Assembly: GCA_026025075.1 (NCBI GenBank)
Contig: JAPEUI010000009.1
Location: 186,001-250,000 of the forward strand
Direction of reading: 5' to 3'
Length of the DNA: 64,000 bases
Source of the DNA: Vezdaea acicularis
Lineage: Eukaryota
Both the position numbers and the translations under genes were made by a program. Every line of letters starts with the position of its first letter. The first letter of the stretch is position 1. The notes under the pieces were generated by a model. It was not told where the DNA came from. It did no database searches and saw only the letters and a program-made list of their open reading frames with translations. Shown one piece after another: positions 37,889-49,472 of the stretch.

Positions 37889-39662
37889 CTACCGATTCCT
37901 GGCGCGCTTCCCACCGTCGCTAGCCGCCCCAAGTCCAGCCCCACTCGCATTCCTCTTCATCGCACTGGAACCCATCGAACTCCCCTCGTCCCGCTTCATG
38001 GCGATCGGCCCAACTTCGCTGAGACCTCCAACACTACTCTGATTGCTCATGGGGACGCTACCGCTCAGAGCCACGGGTACAGCGCTCGAGGCGGTAGCAG
38101 CCGCATTAGTGACTGCCAACTCAGCAGAGGGTACTTGGCCATTGCGGAAGGACAGGTTGGCGACAGGCATGGTGAGTTCGTCGACGAGTTTCCGGTCCAC
38201 GGTCCCTGGCGAGGCATTGCGTAGCCGTTCGAACTTGACGAGGTCGTCTCGTACGTAGTCTGCTTCTAGTGGTGGAGGAGTGGGCGCATTGCCTGTTTTT
38301 GTGATGATAGATGAAGGGAGCACGATGGGTACGAAAGCGTTCTTCTCGGACATGGCTAGATCACCTAGGAGGTTTAGTGCTGCACTACCTTGGTTGCGAG
38401 TGGAGCGGGTGGCATGGTGAGACGTGTTTGCCGTACGGTCGAGCTCTGGGGCGATCATTTCGGTATCATTGTTGCCACCTATCTTATTGCTTTCGTCTGC
38501 CCCGTCCTCATTTTCGAGATCTTGTTCCGTCGTGCTGCCGTTCATGCCTTGAGACTTTTCTGAAGCGAAGAAGTTGGCTGTAGCTGTCGCAGCGGTGTTG
38601 AGATGCATCGCCAATTCTTTCTCGGTGAAGAGCTTATCGATAGAGTATAGGGGGGATTCGAATTGCGTAGCAGCAAGGCGAGCTCTAGCGTCCCGGTATG
38701 GTGACGATGTTCCGGGTTCAGGTATTCTTCCCACAGGACCTGGAGAGCCGTTGTCATCAACATCGTATACCGCCTTCCGCTTTCGCTTGTGACTACCTTC
38801 AGTCGACGCTATGCCGTTGGGATTCTCTTCTACTTCACCAGGGCGGTGTCTTGTATGGCGTGTTTTCCGATTACTCTGTGTCCCGCCTGGACTTGATGGG
38901 TTCGTAATGCTGAATTGACTAGGATGAAGAAGGAGGGCGTTGCTATCGGCGATATCAAGTTGCTCTTTTTCCCGCATTAAGCGTTTCTTCTTCTCGGCCA
39001 GGCTTTGCATCAGCCGCTCTCGTACGGTTCGGGAAAGTATCGCATGCTCTTCTTCTGCAAGTCGGATACTGTAGCGGTTGGTATTCAGAATCTCTTGGAG
39101 ATCTCGCGTGTACTTTCTCTAAATTGTAACTGTTAGCATTGCGATAAGGATGCGGGTAACAAACAACGGGCAACGAAGAGCTTTTAAAACCTACTTCTAG
39201 CATGGTCAATTGCGCATCTCTTTCTTCCATTATATTGTTGACTTGCTCCACAAATGGCATGTAGTAGCGGCCTGCCAGAGCTGCGGTGTCACCCTCAGCT
39301 CGACGAAGGCCAGCCTGTGCCCCACCATTATCTGCTGAATGGACTCCAATGGCCCCAGTTGCGGCAGCTACCATCTCTGCGACATCCTCGCCCGTATCGT
39401 CTAAAGGTGTGCTTCTATAGGGATCGGCTTTGACGAGCAACTGCATGTCGACTTGCAGTGCTTGCAGCTGGGCACGATAGTGAGCGTCGCGATTCATTGA
39501 GAATGATGTAGTGAGGTCGTTGAGCTTATCAAGTAGAACAGTTCGTCGTTTGTCGCGCTTTGAGAGCGCTGGCTGAGGCGGTGTTAACGACATTGGGCGG
39601 TCAATTTTGTGGGATCCATGAGTGATCATGAGGGGGGCTTGGGTTGAAGGTGAGAAAGTCAT
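37889..39662 (-). CDS. Sds3-like subunit of the Rpd3L/Sin3 histone deacetylase complex; exons 39662-39195, 39118-37889
   Basis: SKRDKRR...F..NRDAHYRAQLQALQVD, a coiled coil, LLLHPSQFSITNP and YSIDKLFTEKEL. Confidence 0.85.
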
Positions 39663-40753
39663 CTCGAAGCTTGTGACGCAGCGCGCGGTGCGCAAAACTC
39701 GTGATGAGTATTTCGACGAGGGTTATCTGAGTTTTAGAAGACTCGAGATAGTTCGTGCGTCCTAAAGATGACACTGGTATTGCTCAAGGGTCCCGTCCCT
39801 GGTTCTCGCATTCAGTCGTGAAGGGTGACTAGGAGGATGAAGTTGAAGGCAGAACAGGACAACGCTTAGGTGGTATAGATGATTATTTAAGAAGAAACGT
39901 CAAGGCCCCGAGAGCTCAGAAACCTCATGACTGCGAGAGTGGAGCATGGGCTGGTGCATGTGTAAGTGGAACACGCACATTGCAGGCCCGGCGCTATGAC
40001 GGCCCCGACCACGATGGCTTTGCCCATGGCTGATTCGCGGGTCGGCGAAACAGATAATCCGGATTGCGCTTTCCGCTGCGGAGCGGAAAATCGGCGGCCA
40101 CTTTCGGCTTCGCGACATCGCCCAATGCGGATGTGAGATGTGTGCGTACGGACACGCAACTGACTGGTCTTACCGCGAAACAGTTGCAGCTGTCACGAAG
40201 ACCAGTGACATTAGGTGCTAAAGGAGACTAAATAGACTCTAGTAGTCAAATGATGTCCATGTCCCGTCGAACAGTTGCTCCAGCGCCTACCCGTGAATTC
40301 CTTTGTAGCGGGCCACGTGGTACCAGCTTGGCGGTGGTTCAGCGAAGCCCAAGTTACGGGTCGAGCAAATCCGTGACGCCCCTCCATATTCAGGGTCGGG
40401 TTTCCCTTAGTAACAAGAACAGAACTCCGTAACATTAACGAGAATCGGCTCGTAGAGATGATTCCCTCCCGAATACCGAGCCTGAAGCCTTAGCTCCACT
40501 CGCCTAACCCCTGGGCTTGGCAGAAGCAGTGGTGTTTGGACCCCTGCAAGCGAACCGGCAGCTTTACGATTGGCGACGTCGATAATGTAAACAAACCGAT
40601 TTATTTTCGACACAACACGGCCGTCAATCATTTCTGGCACCACTCATTGACACCAGCAGACGCATCTGCTGGGAATTCATCTTTCGTATCATTGCAGCAA
40701 CAACAACTTCAGAAGGCTTCAGCTGCTCCAACATAGTACGGGGGCCTCTCATT

Positions 40754-43700
40754 ATGACAGGAATTGGCCTTGACGAAGGCGGCAGCATCAGCTCTCCAGA
40801 CCCACTTGGGACCTCTCTAACGATCTCATCTAGCCCCTCGAAGTTGCTTCCAAAGGCTGCGAATTGGGCACCAACTCAGAAGGCACGAACATCTAATGCT
40901 GGCACCGGGCAGCCGAAATCTCAACTACGAAACATGATGCTAGTGACACCACCTAGAGGCAGAAGGGCTCTGAGCGTGTCTCCAACCAAGTCCAGCATGC
41001 GTCTAGAAAACACGAATAGTCCTTGGCGGATCAGGGTCACCGTCGAGGCTGAGCAAGACAGTGACGACGGAGCAGAAGATCAGAAGAAAAGCATTAGCCG
41101 CGAGATACTCAGTCCTCTCGCCAGCCCTCTTCAAAAGCAACGGTCACGATCGGTTAAGGGCCCAAGAGAAATATCGCATACAACAACAACTACTGTTCCG
41201 GTCAAGGGTCTTGAGTCCTCACCGCCTGTGAAGCGTGGAAGAGGAAGGCCCAGGAAGTCCGAGACACCTGTGAAGAGGAACGGAACGCCAGCACCCAAAG
41301 CAAGGGGCCGACGTAAGACTACAGGCGAAGTCTCTGAGCCTCTACTAGATCTTCAAGATAGTACAACCAAGAAAACCCCTCCAAAGAGTGGTAGGGGCCA
41401 ACGCCGGAAGTCAAACCTTGTAAGCGTCTCTGACGTAAGAGTCAACGAACAGCCATCCGAGATGGAACCCCCAGCTTCAGAAAGCCTCGCCACACTACTC
41501 CCAACTGCTAGAGCAAGGCGAGGAAGGAGGAAAGAGATGAGTCCCGTCAACATCGCCGTGGATCCTGAACTCGAAGCCGTCGATGACATTGACTGGGTGG
41601 AGGCATCAAAGCATAGTCCCATAAAGAATGGTGTGGGCACAGCTTTGAGCGACATTCAGTTGAATCAAGCATTAATTCACTCGGCCGGTAGTGAGGCTGC
41701 AATGCTTAAGGAACTCGGTGCTAAGCCTGATGTTCTCGAAAAGGAGAGGAAAAATGGCTCATCGCTTCAAACTCAACGTGAGAAGTCTAGCCCCGCTAAG
41801 AAGACTCCTGTCAAGTCAAATAAGACTGGAAAGGATGTATCAGGCTCTGCTGGACATCAACAAGAGTCCTTGAATGCTCCCGTCTCTTCAAATTCACCCG
41901 GGGTAGTGCCGGTGCCTGCTGGCATGCATAGCGTCTTGCCTTCAAGCCGACACGTCGAATCCATTGAAGACCGTCAGACAAACGTCAAGCAATTGCATGA
42001 ACGGGTAGATATTTCACAGATGCGAGAGTTTGACTCTGTTCTAGAAAGTGAAGGGTTCAGCATGATCTCAACTGCATCGCTTCCGTCCATCAAAGAGCAG
42101 TCGAGCAGTCCCTATTCACAAGATGGCTCTATCGACCTTGTGAATGTCAGTACCAATGGCCGCAGTACCTACATAGAGAAGGGTTCAGAATTGCCCCATG
42201 ACAGCGGAAGAGTAAAGTCAGCAGCGCAACGGAGTCAGCAGCGGACTTACGAACGCTCAGCCCACGAAGAACACCCAAAGCCAATTTCGCGAACCACCAA
42301 CTCATTCCCATCCTCGCCACCGAACAGAGAACCAAGACGCACTGAGCTCGCTTCTACTTCTCGGCATGAAACTCCTTCTATTGCCTTATCTTCTCCTTCA
42401 CTACCTCCACCCATTGAACAGGCTCTACCACGAGACAGCAACTTGGGCAATGGTGCGGGGCCTAAACCTAGGATGTCGCCTGCTGTCAGGGCTGGAAAAG
42501 CACTGCAAGGAGCTTTAGATACTTTTCAAGAGTCAAAGCTCAGCAGTTCATCTGGCCTCAGCAAAGCTGATAATCTCTCGGTCCTGCCAGATGGAATCGA
42601 CCCATTTAGCGGCTTCAGTCAAGGGACTAGGCGCGAACTCGATGCCGGTCTTAGGTTAGGACTAGATCTTGCACGAGGCCAGCAAATAAAACAGCCTAGA
42701 CGGGGACTGAACCAGATCGGTACGGAGCTTGCTAGGGCCGAAGACGACGTCTTCGGCGGGCAAACAAAGGGCGGGCCTTACCCCGAATTGCCAACGCCTG
42801 AGGACAGCGATGAATACAGTCTCAGTCTACCACTCATACGTCCAGCACCTTACCCGAGATTGCCAAACGACTCCTTGGCATTGTCGTCCCACCAACAGAC
42901 ACAGGATTTGCAGAATGAATCAGACCTTATGGACTGGCAACATGAATCGCCGAAGAGGTATCGTACTCCCGGTTCTTCTACCAAGGCAGCGCGTCGATTG
43001 TCAGATGAGCTTGGCAAAGACTACCAACAGAGTGGAGACAGAAGTGCTGAGCGAGCTAAGAAGATCAAAAGCAAGGAGATTATAATGATCAGCTCTGACT
43101 GCGACAGTTCCAGCACAATGGATACGACTTACAACGGTGTTGATGCGGGAAGCCTGAACAGAGTAGAAGATAATGCTGCTGGTGAAATCTCGGACAGATC
43201 CAGAGTATCTGATGACGAGGTAGACCTGCCGAGAGCTCTTGTTGGCCCCACCATCGTCAAGCCTCCACGTGGAAAGATTCCATCTCCATGGAGAAGAGCC
43301 TCTAACAGTGCTTTCATTTACAGTGACGAGACATCAGTGAACGAAAGCAATGCAAGTCGCTCGGACGACACGATTGAGCAAGGGAAAACGCCGTCTCCTA
43401 GCTCAGAGGTAGAGCAGAATCTCCAAGCCACGAAACATCAGATCCAGAACGTCGAGATACGCTCCCTACCAAAAGAAGATGGAGCACCACAAGAACCCAC
43501 CAAGAAGCGTGCGATTATACCATTCCGGAAAAGCATGACTCCAACCGAGGTCCTGCCTTATCCTCGCTTGGATGAGCCTTGTAGACAGGAGGGCCGTGGG
43601 ACGGCTCGACGAATCGTCAGAGAATCTTCCTCTGGCTCTATGGAGAGTGACGAAACAAGCAACGAAGCCAAAGGGGACAACAAAGAAGCCCAAGTCGAAA

Positions 43701-44302
43701 CAGGCGGCTATCTCAGCCGTCTCTTGCAAATGGTATCTGTTGGGCTTCCAGCAACCAAAGCAGCTCCGCCCGCGCCTACTATCTCTTCGACCAAACCCGC
43801 GCCTCGTCCTACTGACCGCCCGAAATTCAGAAGCCGCGCCGAATTCGACGCTTATTTTCCCCCTCCTCCTCTACCCGCCTTCCCCCTCCCCACTGACCGC
43901 TGGAGCATCAGTCACTGGGACGCCCTTGCGGCATTTCGCGACCACTACAAAACCTGGCCGATCCCCTATCCAGAAAATGTGACATCGCACCCCCTGATCG
44001 GGCGCTGCATGATGAGCCGGGACGGGCGCTGGGCGCACAATCTAACGTGCAAAGATATCGCGCTCGCCATTGAGTTCAGGCAGAAGGGTCTGCAGAGGGG
44101 TGGGGTCTGGGGCACGGAGTATCTCTGTCGAAAAATCTTTGCGCTCATCGTCGGCGATAGCGTCAGAGAGGAGAGGGAAGGCAGGGTCGTCTTTGAGACG
44201 GCGGAGGAAAGGCGGAAGAGGGAGATGGAGCAGAGTGAGGATGATAGTGCATTGGAAGAGGGTTTGACGGGGGTTGATGGGATTGAAGCCGCGGTGGTTT
44301 GA
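40754..44302 (+). CDS. AT-hook DNA-binding motif protein, 1182 aa, mostly low complexity
   Basis: KRGRGRPRKS AT-hook, SPWRIRVTVEAE, FDSVLESEGFSMIS and a Trp-containing C-terminal domain. Confidence 0.85.
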   Translation: MTGIGLDEGGSISSPDPLGTSLTISSSPSKLLPKAANWAPTQKARTSNAGTGQPKSQLRNMMLVTPPRGRRALSVSPTKSSMRLENTNSPWRIRVTVEAEQDSDDGAEDQKKSISREILSPLASPLQKQRSRSVKGPREISHTTTTTVPVKGLESSPPVKRGRGRPRKSETPVKRNGTPAPKARGRRKTTGEVSEPLLDLQDSTTKKTPPKSGRGQRRKSNLVSVSDVRVNEQPSEMEPPASESLATLLPTARARRGRRKEMSPVNIAVDPELEAVDDIDWVEASKHSPIKNGVGTALSDIQLNQALIHSAGSEAAMLKELGAKPDVLEKERKNGSSLQTQREKSSPAKKTPVKSNKTGKDVSGSAGHQQESLNAPVSSNSPGVVPVPAGMHSVLPSSRHVESIEDRQTNVKQLHERVDISQMREFDSVLESEGFSMISTASLPSIKEQSSSPYSQDGSIDLVNVSTNGRSTYIEKGSELPHDSGRVKSAAQRSQQRTYERSAHEEHPKPISRTTNSFPSSPPNREPRRTELASTSRHETPSIALSSPSLPPPIEQALPRDSNLGNGAGPKPRMSPAVRAGKALQGALDTFQESKLSSSSGLSKADNLSVLPDGIDPFSGFSQGTRRELDAGLRLGLDLARGQQIKQPRRGLNQIGTELARAEDDVFGGQTKGGPYPELPTPEDSDEYSLSLPLIRPAPYPRLPNDSLALSSHQQTQDLQNESDLMDWQHESPKRYRTPGSSTKAARRLSDELGKDYQQSGDRSAERAKKIKSKEIIMISSDCDSSSTMDTTYNGVDAGSLNRVEDNAAGEISDRSRVSDDEVDLPRALVGPTIVKPPRGKIPSPWRRASNSAFIYSDETSVNESNASRSDDTIEQGKTPSPSSEVEQNLQATKHQIQNVEIRSLPKEDGAPQEPTKKRAIIPFRKSMTPTEVLPYPRLDEPCRQEGRGTARRIVRESSSGSMESDETSNEAKGDNKEAQVETGGYLSRLLQMVSVGLPATKAAPPAPTISSTKPAPRPTDRPKFRSRAEFDAYFPPPPLPAFPLPTDRWSISHWDALAAFRDHYKTWPIPYPENVTSHPLIGRCMMSRDGRWAHNLTCKDIALAIEFRQKGLQRGGVWGTEYLCRKIFALIVGDSVREEREGRVVFETAEERRKREMEQSEDDSALEEGLTGVDGIEAAVV

Positions 44303-44801
44303 GCGGGTATGGGGAGTTGGATATCGAGGCTTGTTTAAGGGGGTGGGGGAGTAGAATTTTGCCTTAGGGAAAACAGAATGTATATCCCATAACATTTAAC
44401 TTACTCACACGTCCCCATAAGCAATCTCTCGCTGTTCGGAGAACTGCATGTGACCCCTCGAGCTGTGAGAGCGATGGCCACCACGCAACTGACAATCCTT
44501 CGCGAAGGTTGGAATGAATGGGTTTAGGGGGATAGAGGAAAGGGGAATATGCCGTCGTGAACCTGTCTAGTCAGGGGAATGTATAGGCATAGAACGAAAC
44601 CACTCGGATCGTTCTGAATAAGTTTGGGGATGAAGGTGTTTACCATGGAGGTGGTCTGGAGTTGGTAGCCAATGACCGTTCGATCAGGGCGGACTAATTG
44701 AAGCTGAATATTTCCGGTGAGTTGATCCCCCTGAAGCCCGTCTTGAAGGCTGTGGCTTCCACCCGACCCTCTCCCCTTACTCAACTCCCCTCTCCACCTT
44801 A

Positions 44802-44990
44802 TCACAACAACCCCCCTCCCACCTCCCCCCCATACCTCCTCACCAGATCCCTAACCACTTCCCAAGTAATCCCCTCATCATTCCAATAATCCCGCATCGC
44901 GCCCGCAAGTTGTTCAAGGCCCTCGTAGTCCCGTGGCTGCTTCAGCTCGTGCCACAGAATGAAGAGGTGGGATAGTTGGAGGGGGTTCAT
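44802..44990 (-). CDS. Putative 62-aa microprotein
   Basis: CAAATG start after a CA-rich leader, helical protein-like sequence, and the C-rich to G-rich codon gradient seen in genuine genes of this window. Confidence 0.5.
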   Translation of the reverse strand: MNPLQLSHLFILWHELKQPRDYEGLEQLAGAMRDYWNDEGITWEVVRDLVRRYGGEVGGGLL

Positions 44991-45410
44991 TTGGGATCGG
45001 TCTGGGAGGGCGCGTGGGGGAGGGTTTGGTGGCGTTGGTTGGTTTGTGTTTGTGTTTGACTGGTGGGGATGAATTTGGGGTGATATAGTATGGTCTGAGG
45101 GAGTAGGGGGGGTTTATGGGGGTGGTTTGGAGGAGGCCTTTTGTAGGAAATGTGATACATTGTTGATATAGTGTCGTTGTTCCCTTGGAGTGTTGGTGTT
45201 GTTCCTGCGTAGTCTGTGAGCATCACGGGTAATGACAAGGCGGTTGCTTGATAATATGCGTGTTTCAAAACAAAGCGACCTTATTATTCACCTAGCTACA
45301 CAGTCTGTCCTAGACATGATGTTACAGTCAATCGATGCAACCTGACTCTCCCCAAGACAAAGATAGATAGTTCCAGGCTATGCGATAAGAAACCTAACCA
45401 GTAGCACCAA

Positions 45411-46319
45411 TCACCCAAATACTAAAGCGCGAACTTCAATGCTCTCGCGGCCCGGAGCATTCGCAGGCGTCCTAGGATCGACAAAGGCCGTGTGTGGTAC
45501 TCGTCCCTGCTGGCCCACACTCTCATCGCTATCGAAACACTTCAGAAGCAGCCTCTCATTATTCTCCATTCCGCTCCAGTAATACCAGTCTTGCTTCGCA
45601 TTGTGCTGCACTCCAGCCGTCTCGCCAGTGCGGTCGGGATATCGATGCTCGATCGCCACCAAGTCATGATCCGAGACGGATGAGCCATCGGCAAAGGCAA
45701 GTGGGTGGGAGAACACCGGTCCGTTCAACGGACGCCATACGTTGATGATGCGGTAGCGGCCCTTTAACAGTGTTTCTGCCTCATCGGGCAGATGGATGCG
45801 CACTCGCTCGGCGGCAGACGCAGGCGTCTGGTCTATGTGGACACGGAGCACGGGGTTTCGTGATGCTTTCGGATCCTGCCTCCGGATGGTATGATCAAAG
45901 AAAAAGACTTTCCTAGCACCAGGTACGTTTGTCAGAATGAGATTTTCAACCTCCGGGTAGTAGTTCTTCTTAATACTCTCGTCGCTGGTGAAATCCTTCT
46001 CGGCGGATTCAGGGATATTGGAGAGCGTTTCAAAGGCATTCTTGTCTAAGGTAAAGTGTGACTCCCGGCCACGAACGTCGGATATGGTCACGATTGTAGT
46101 ATGCTCTCCGAAGTTGTGCTGTGGCTCACCGGCGGGTGGTTGCTCGACGTAGTTGAAAGGTTTGGATCCATCGGTCGGAGGCGCGTAAAACGACAAGCTT
46201 GCTTGGACGGGGCCTCTCGGGATCTGTGGGACTGAGTTGTGGACAACAGGAGTTTGCCTGTGTCCCGCCTCGGAGTGACTGTGGGCTATTGGGGGGTGCG
46301 ACACGGCTGCTGAAGCCAT
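45411..46319 (-). CDS. AsaB/CmcJ/NvfI-like non-heme oxygenase (7-alpha-cephem-methoxylase P8-related)
   Basis: YYPEVE, FDHTIRR, RVHIDQT (HxD), INVWRPL, PLAFADG, KCFDS, PHTAF, RESIEVRALV. Intronless. Confidence 0.9.
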   Translation of the reverse strand: MASAAVSHPPIAHSHSEAGHRQTPVVHNSVPQIPRGPVQASLSFYAPPTDGSKPFNYVEQPPAGEPQHNFGEHTTIVTISDVRGRESHFTLDKNAFETLSNIPESAEKDFTSDESIKKNYYPEVENLILTNVPGARKVFFFDHTIRRQDPKASRNPVLRVHIDQTPASAAERVRIHLPDEAETLLKGRYRIINVWRPLNGPVFSHPLAFADGSSVSDHDLVAIEHRYPDRTGETAGVQHNAKQDWYYWSGMENNERLLLKCFDSDESVGQQGRVPHTAFVDPRTPANAPGRESIEVRALVFG

Positions 46320-48378
46320 GGTTTTAAGGGGACCGAGATGCTTGACCAAAGGGCCTCAATGTTAGAGCCAATAACTTATAGCTCTTCCACAAAGAGTTCG
46401 GATGCGAGATTGATGGGGGGTTGAGAGAAATGAAATGAGAAAAGAAATAAAACAACCTTATATGGTGCTCATGCTAATGATGATCTCGATGGCATCATCC
46501 AACGGGGCCCTTCAGCGGATTTTGTACGCCTTTTGATCATTACAAATCAAGCGTTAGAAACCGAAATGGATGCGCATCGTCGCTTCTGGCCTGAGAATCA
46601 CGTCATGGCCGAGGTTGAGAACTCTAGCTGGCCTTCCCCTACGTTAAACTTAACTCTCGGATGATCTCCGGAAGTCCCGTTGATCTAGTCTGGTGGCCAT
46701 CAAAACGTGATTTTAGCGCAAGAATTGCCATCGCCACGCGGGTCCGAATCCGAGTTCGAAGTTTTGATACTCACGTAGCGCATGGCTTACTTAACCTATG
46801 AGTGCAAAGCTAAACTTTGTTCGACAATGAATCTGGTTGGCTTGAGACTTTGGATCGGGCAAGCGGGGTTGCATGATCTTCTTTGAGATCAGCAGTGATG
46901 CCTGCTCCGTCTGACATCAAAGCAGTATTCAAGTGTGAAAGCGGAAGTATGATGCCGCTTACGGAACCAGAGTCCGCACTCTGGCTGTCATTCAATCCCA
47001 TGGAAAAAGGAGAGTTCTGATGCATGGACTTGTTGAGATGCCTTTGATGGGCGAGCCTTGTAAAAGTCGTTTGCCAGGATAGCTGCAGACGTGACAAACG
47101 GCGAGGTTCCGTAATAACCCCATCCCAGACATGCCCTCGAATCCAAAGCAGATTTCACACTCGTAGCCGAGTATTGATCGCTGCGTAAAAGTCATTTCAT
47201 GAAATGCCCTCCTGGTTGCAGCTGCTTGGCAGCGCGTGATAAAGCAGAACCATGCCGCGATACTAGCCGCATTGCAAAGCCACAACAAAGACCAGGCCAT
47301 ACTGGTTGGCGCTCGAGTATAGACACCACTTCTTGTGATGGAAGAGTCCAATCACTCTTGTAGTCGAATACAAACGGTGCGGGATGGGTCGATCGTCCCC
47401 GCTTGACTTTCTCCGAGGCCATTGACCTGCTCCGGGGCCATGGAATAAGCTCATCAAGCGATGGATGAAGGGTAGGGGAATGTGCGAAGGAAGCTGCCGT
47501 TCGATTGGAGCGGCCAATTCCTCCTCACTGTTCCCCCCCGTCGGACGTCAATGTGGACGTGTAGAGGAAGGGAGGAGAAGGAGTTGACGAGAGTGCAGAT
47601 TGGCGTGGAACGGCGTGCAGCAGCGTGTGGCCAGATCGAGACCCGAGGGAAACGGGGACGATAAGACGGAGCGTCTGATTTATGCATATTCACGAGGCAG
47701 GCCAGTCATGCATCGTCCAGACATTTCCAATAATGCACCCTCGACTTCCACCTCGCGACGACCTTATGGCCGTCTGCAGCTTTCCACTAGCCGGCCGAGG
47801 AGAGCGCGCGCGCGCATGGCAAGGAATACGGAATCGCCCTGGCGCATCCTCCTCCTCTTCCTCCTCCACCGAACAAGCCCGCAAACGCTCTCCCATGTGA
47901 AGTTGCGCGGATGCTGAATTACTCGTCTGCAACGGTCCCGCCCGCCATTTCCCGTGCGATCCCATTGCATCAGCTCGACTTCGGGGCCGCCACAAGTCCA
48001 CATTCGGTCAAAAGCCATCGTTGCAATCTTTGCGTCCAAGCCATCGGTAAAACAAGACCGCGACCATGGCGCCGAACGTGGCGCCAGCTATGCTTCTCCT
48101 CTTTTAGAGCCGGACCCCCCCTTTCGTGGGACGTAGCCGACATGCTTAAGCTCAGAGCACGCGGGCCTTTTTCTTGCCTACTTAATTGGCAGAACCCCCC
48201 CCCAAGCGACGTAATTGAAGACTCTGAACATTCTACGCGGACCGTAATGCCAGGACAGACGCTTCGACGACTTCGATTTCACTCCAGATGCATTCCACCA
48301 ACCGATCCTTGAGCTATCCGCTCTCGAGTGCCGAGGCAAGTGTCGTCAATCGATCACCCTTTACCGTCTCCTCGACCG

Positions 48379-49359
48379 ATGCCGAGCGTCTGTTTGCCTG
48401 CGAAAGCTTCCAGATTGTGCGCAAACACCTGGCAAAGGAACAAAGCCACTAGTACGTCATGGTCATACACGGCTCGAATGAGCTCTCTCTTCGCAATTGC
48501 TAACTTCAGACAGTTTCTGTGCAGAGCATCGTCCGGCTAGTCGCGAGGACGAGGATGCTTGGCTACTCCACCGAGACATCACCCACGCACTCATCCTACC
48601 GTTGCTGCAGATATACCGGCGGGCTTCGGACATAGCTGAAGTTCGATTGTCCCCATCGCACGCAATTGACCGTGAGACGGCATATCGTGGCCCCGCACGG
48701 GATGCCTTTAGCTGGCTACAATGCTTTGTGATTGAAGAGAAGGATTGGTGCTCGACGAAGGGCTGCCCAGGTAGGCCAATTTGCTACGCACAAACACATG
48801 TTATAGCATTACATGATACTGATATGGCATAGCTTGCGTGGTGACAAATGTCCTACAATCCGAAACTACCATCCGCATGATCATCGTCGCCTGTCGTCTC
48901 TCCGAGCACCTCCGCCACGAAAACGGCGTGGATAGCCTCCCCAAATTCACGTTCTGGCTACGGTCCCTACGGGTGGCGATGGACAACGATTCCTTCTGGG
49001 GTCCGGGGGACTGGGAGGAAATCGAGAGCAAAGCCAGCACACTGAAGGAGGGCATGGAAGAGCTGATGCGTCAGTGTCGCGAACTCGAGCTCGTTTGCCC
49101 AACGAAATCATCACGAAGCCGACCCGTCAAGTCGCCCTTGGCATCTACCAATATGCCCTCCCTGAAAGTGTCGAGTGCCGCCGTCCAACAACTGCTGCTA
49201 CAACGGGAATACGAGGAGTGGCGTCGCAGCATGGCCCTGACGTACTGGGCGTCCCAACTCGCAGACTCGAAGCACCAGAGTCACTTCATCAAGACGGGCG
49301 GTTTAAAGACGGCGTGCACGCGATTGCTACAGCCCCGGCTCAGAGCCATGACCACTTGA
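48379..49359 (+). CDS. Hypothetical fungal protein; exons 48379-48451, 48510-48770, 48833-49359
   Basis: Two canonical introns join the ORFs in frame. Motifs AWLLHRDI, WCSTKGCPACVV and DSFWGP. Confidence 0.75.
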
Positions 49360-49440
49360 GAACCACTCAAGGACCATGGAGGGGGACGCAGAAAAGGATA
49401 TGATATATTTCAGGAGTTATGTACAGGGCACATATAGACG

Positions 49441-49472
49441 TCTGGGAATCTGGGAATCTGGGATCTGAGGGA
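49441..49472 (+). repeat. Short degenerate tandem repeat (TCTGGGAA-like, about 4 units)
   Basis: tctgggaatctgggaatctgggatctgaggga in the 3' flank of the 48379-49359 gene. Confidence 0.6.

Noticed and set aside
46810..47517. Overlapping minus-strand ORFs with CEIC...CHVC
   Set aside because: No coherent splice model, no codon bias and no recognisable domain.
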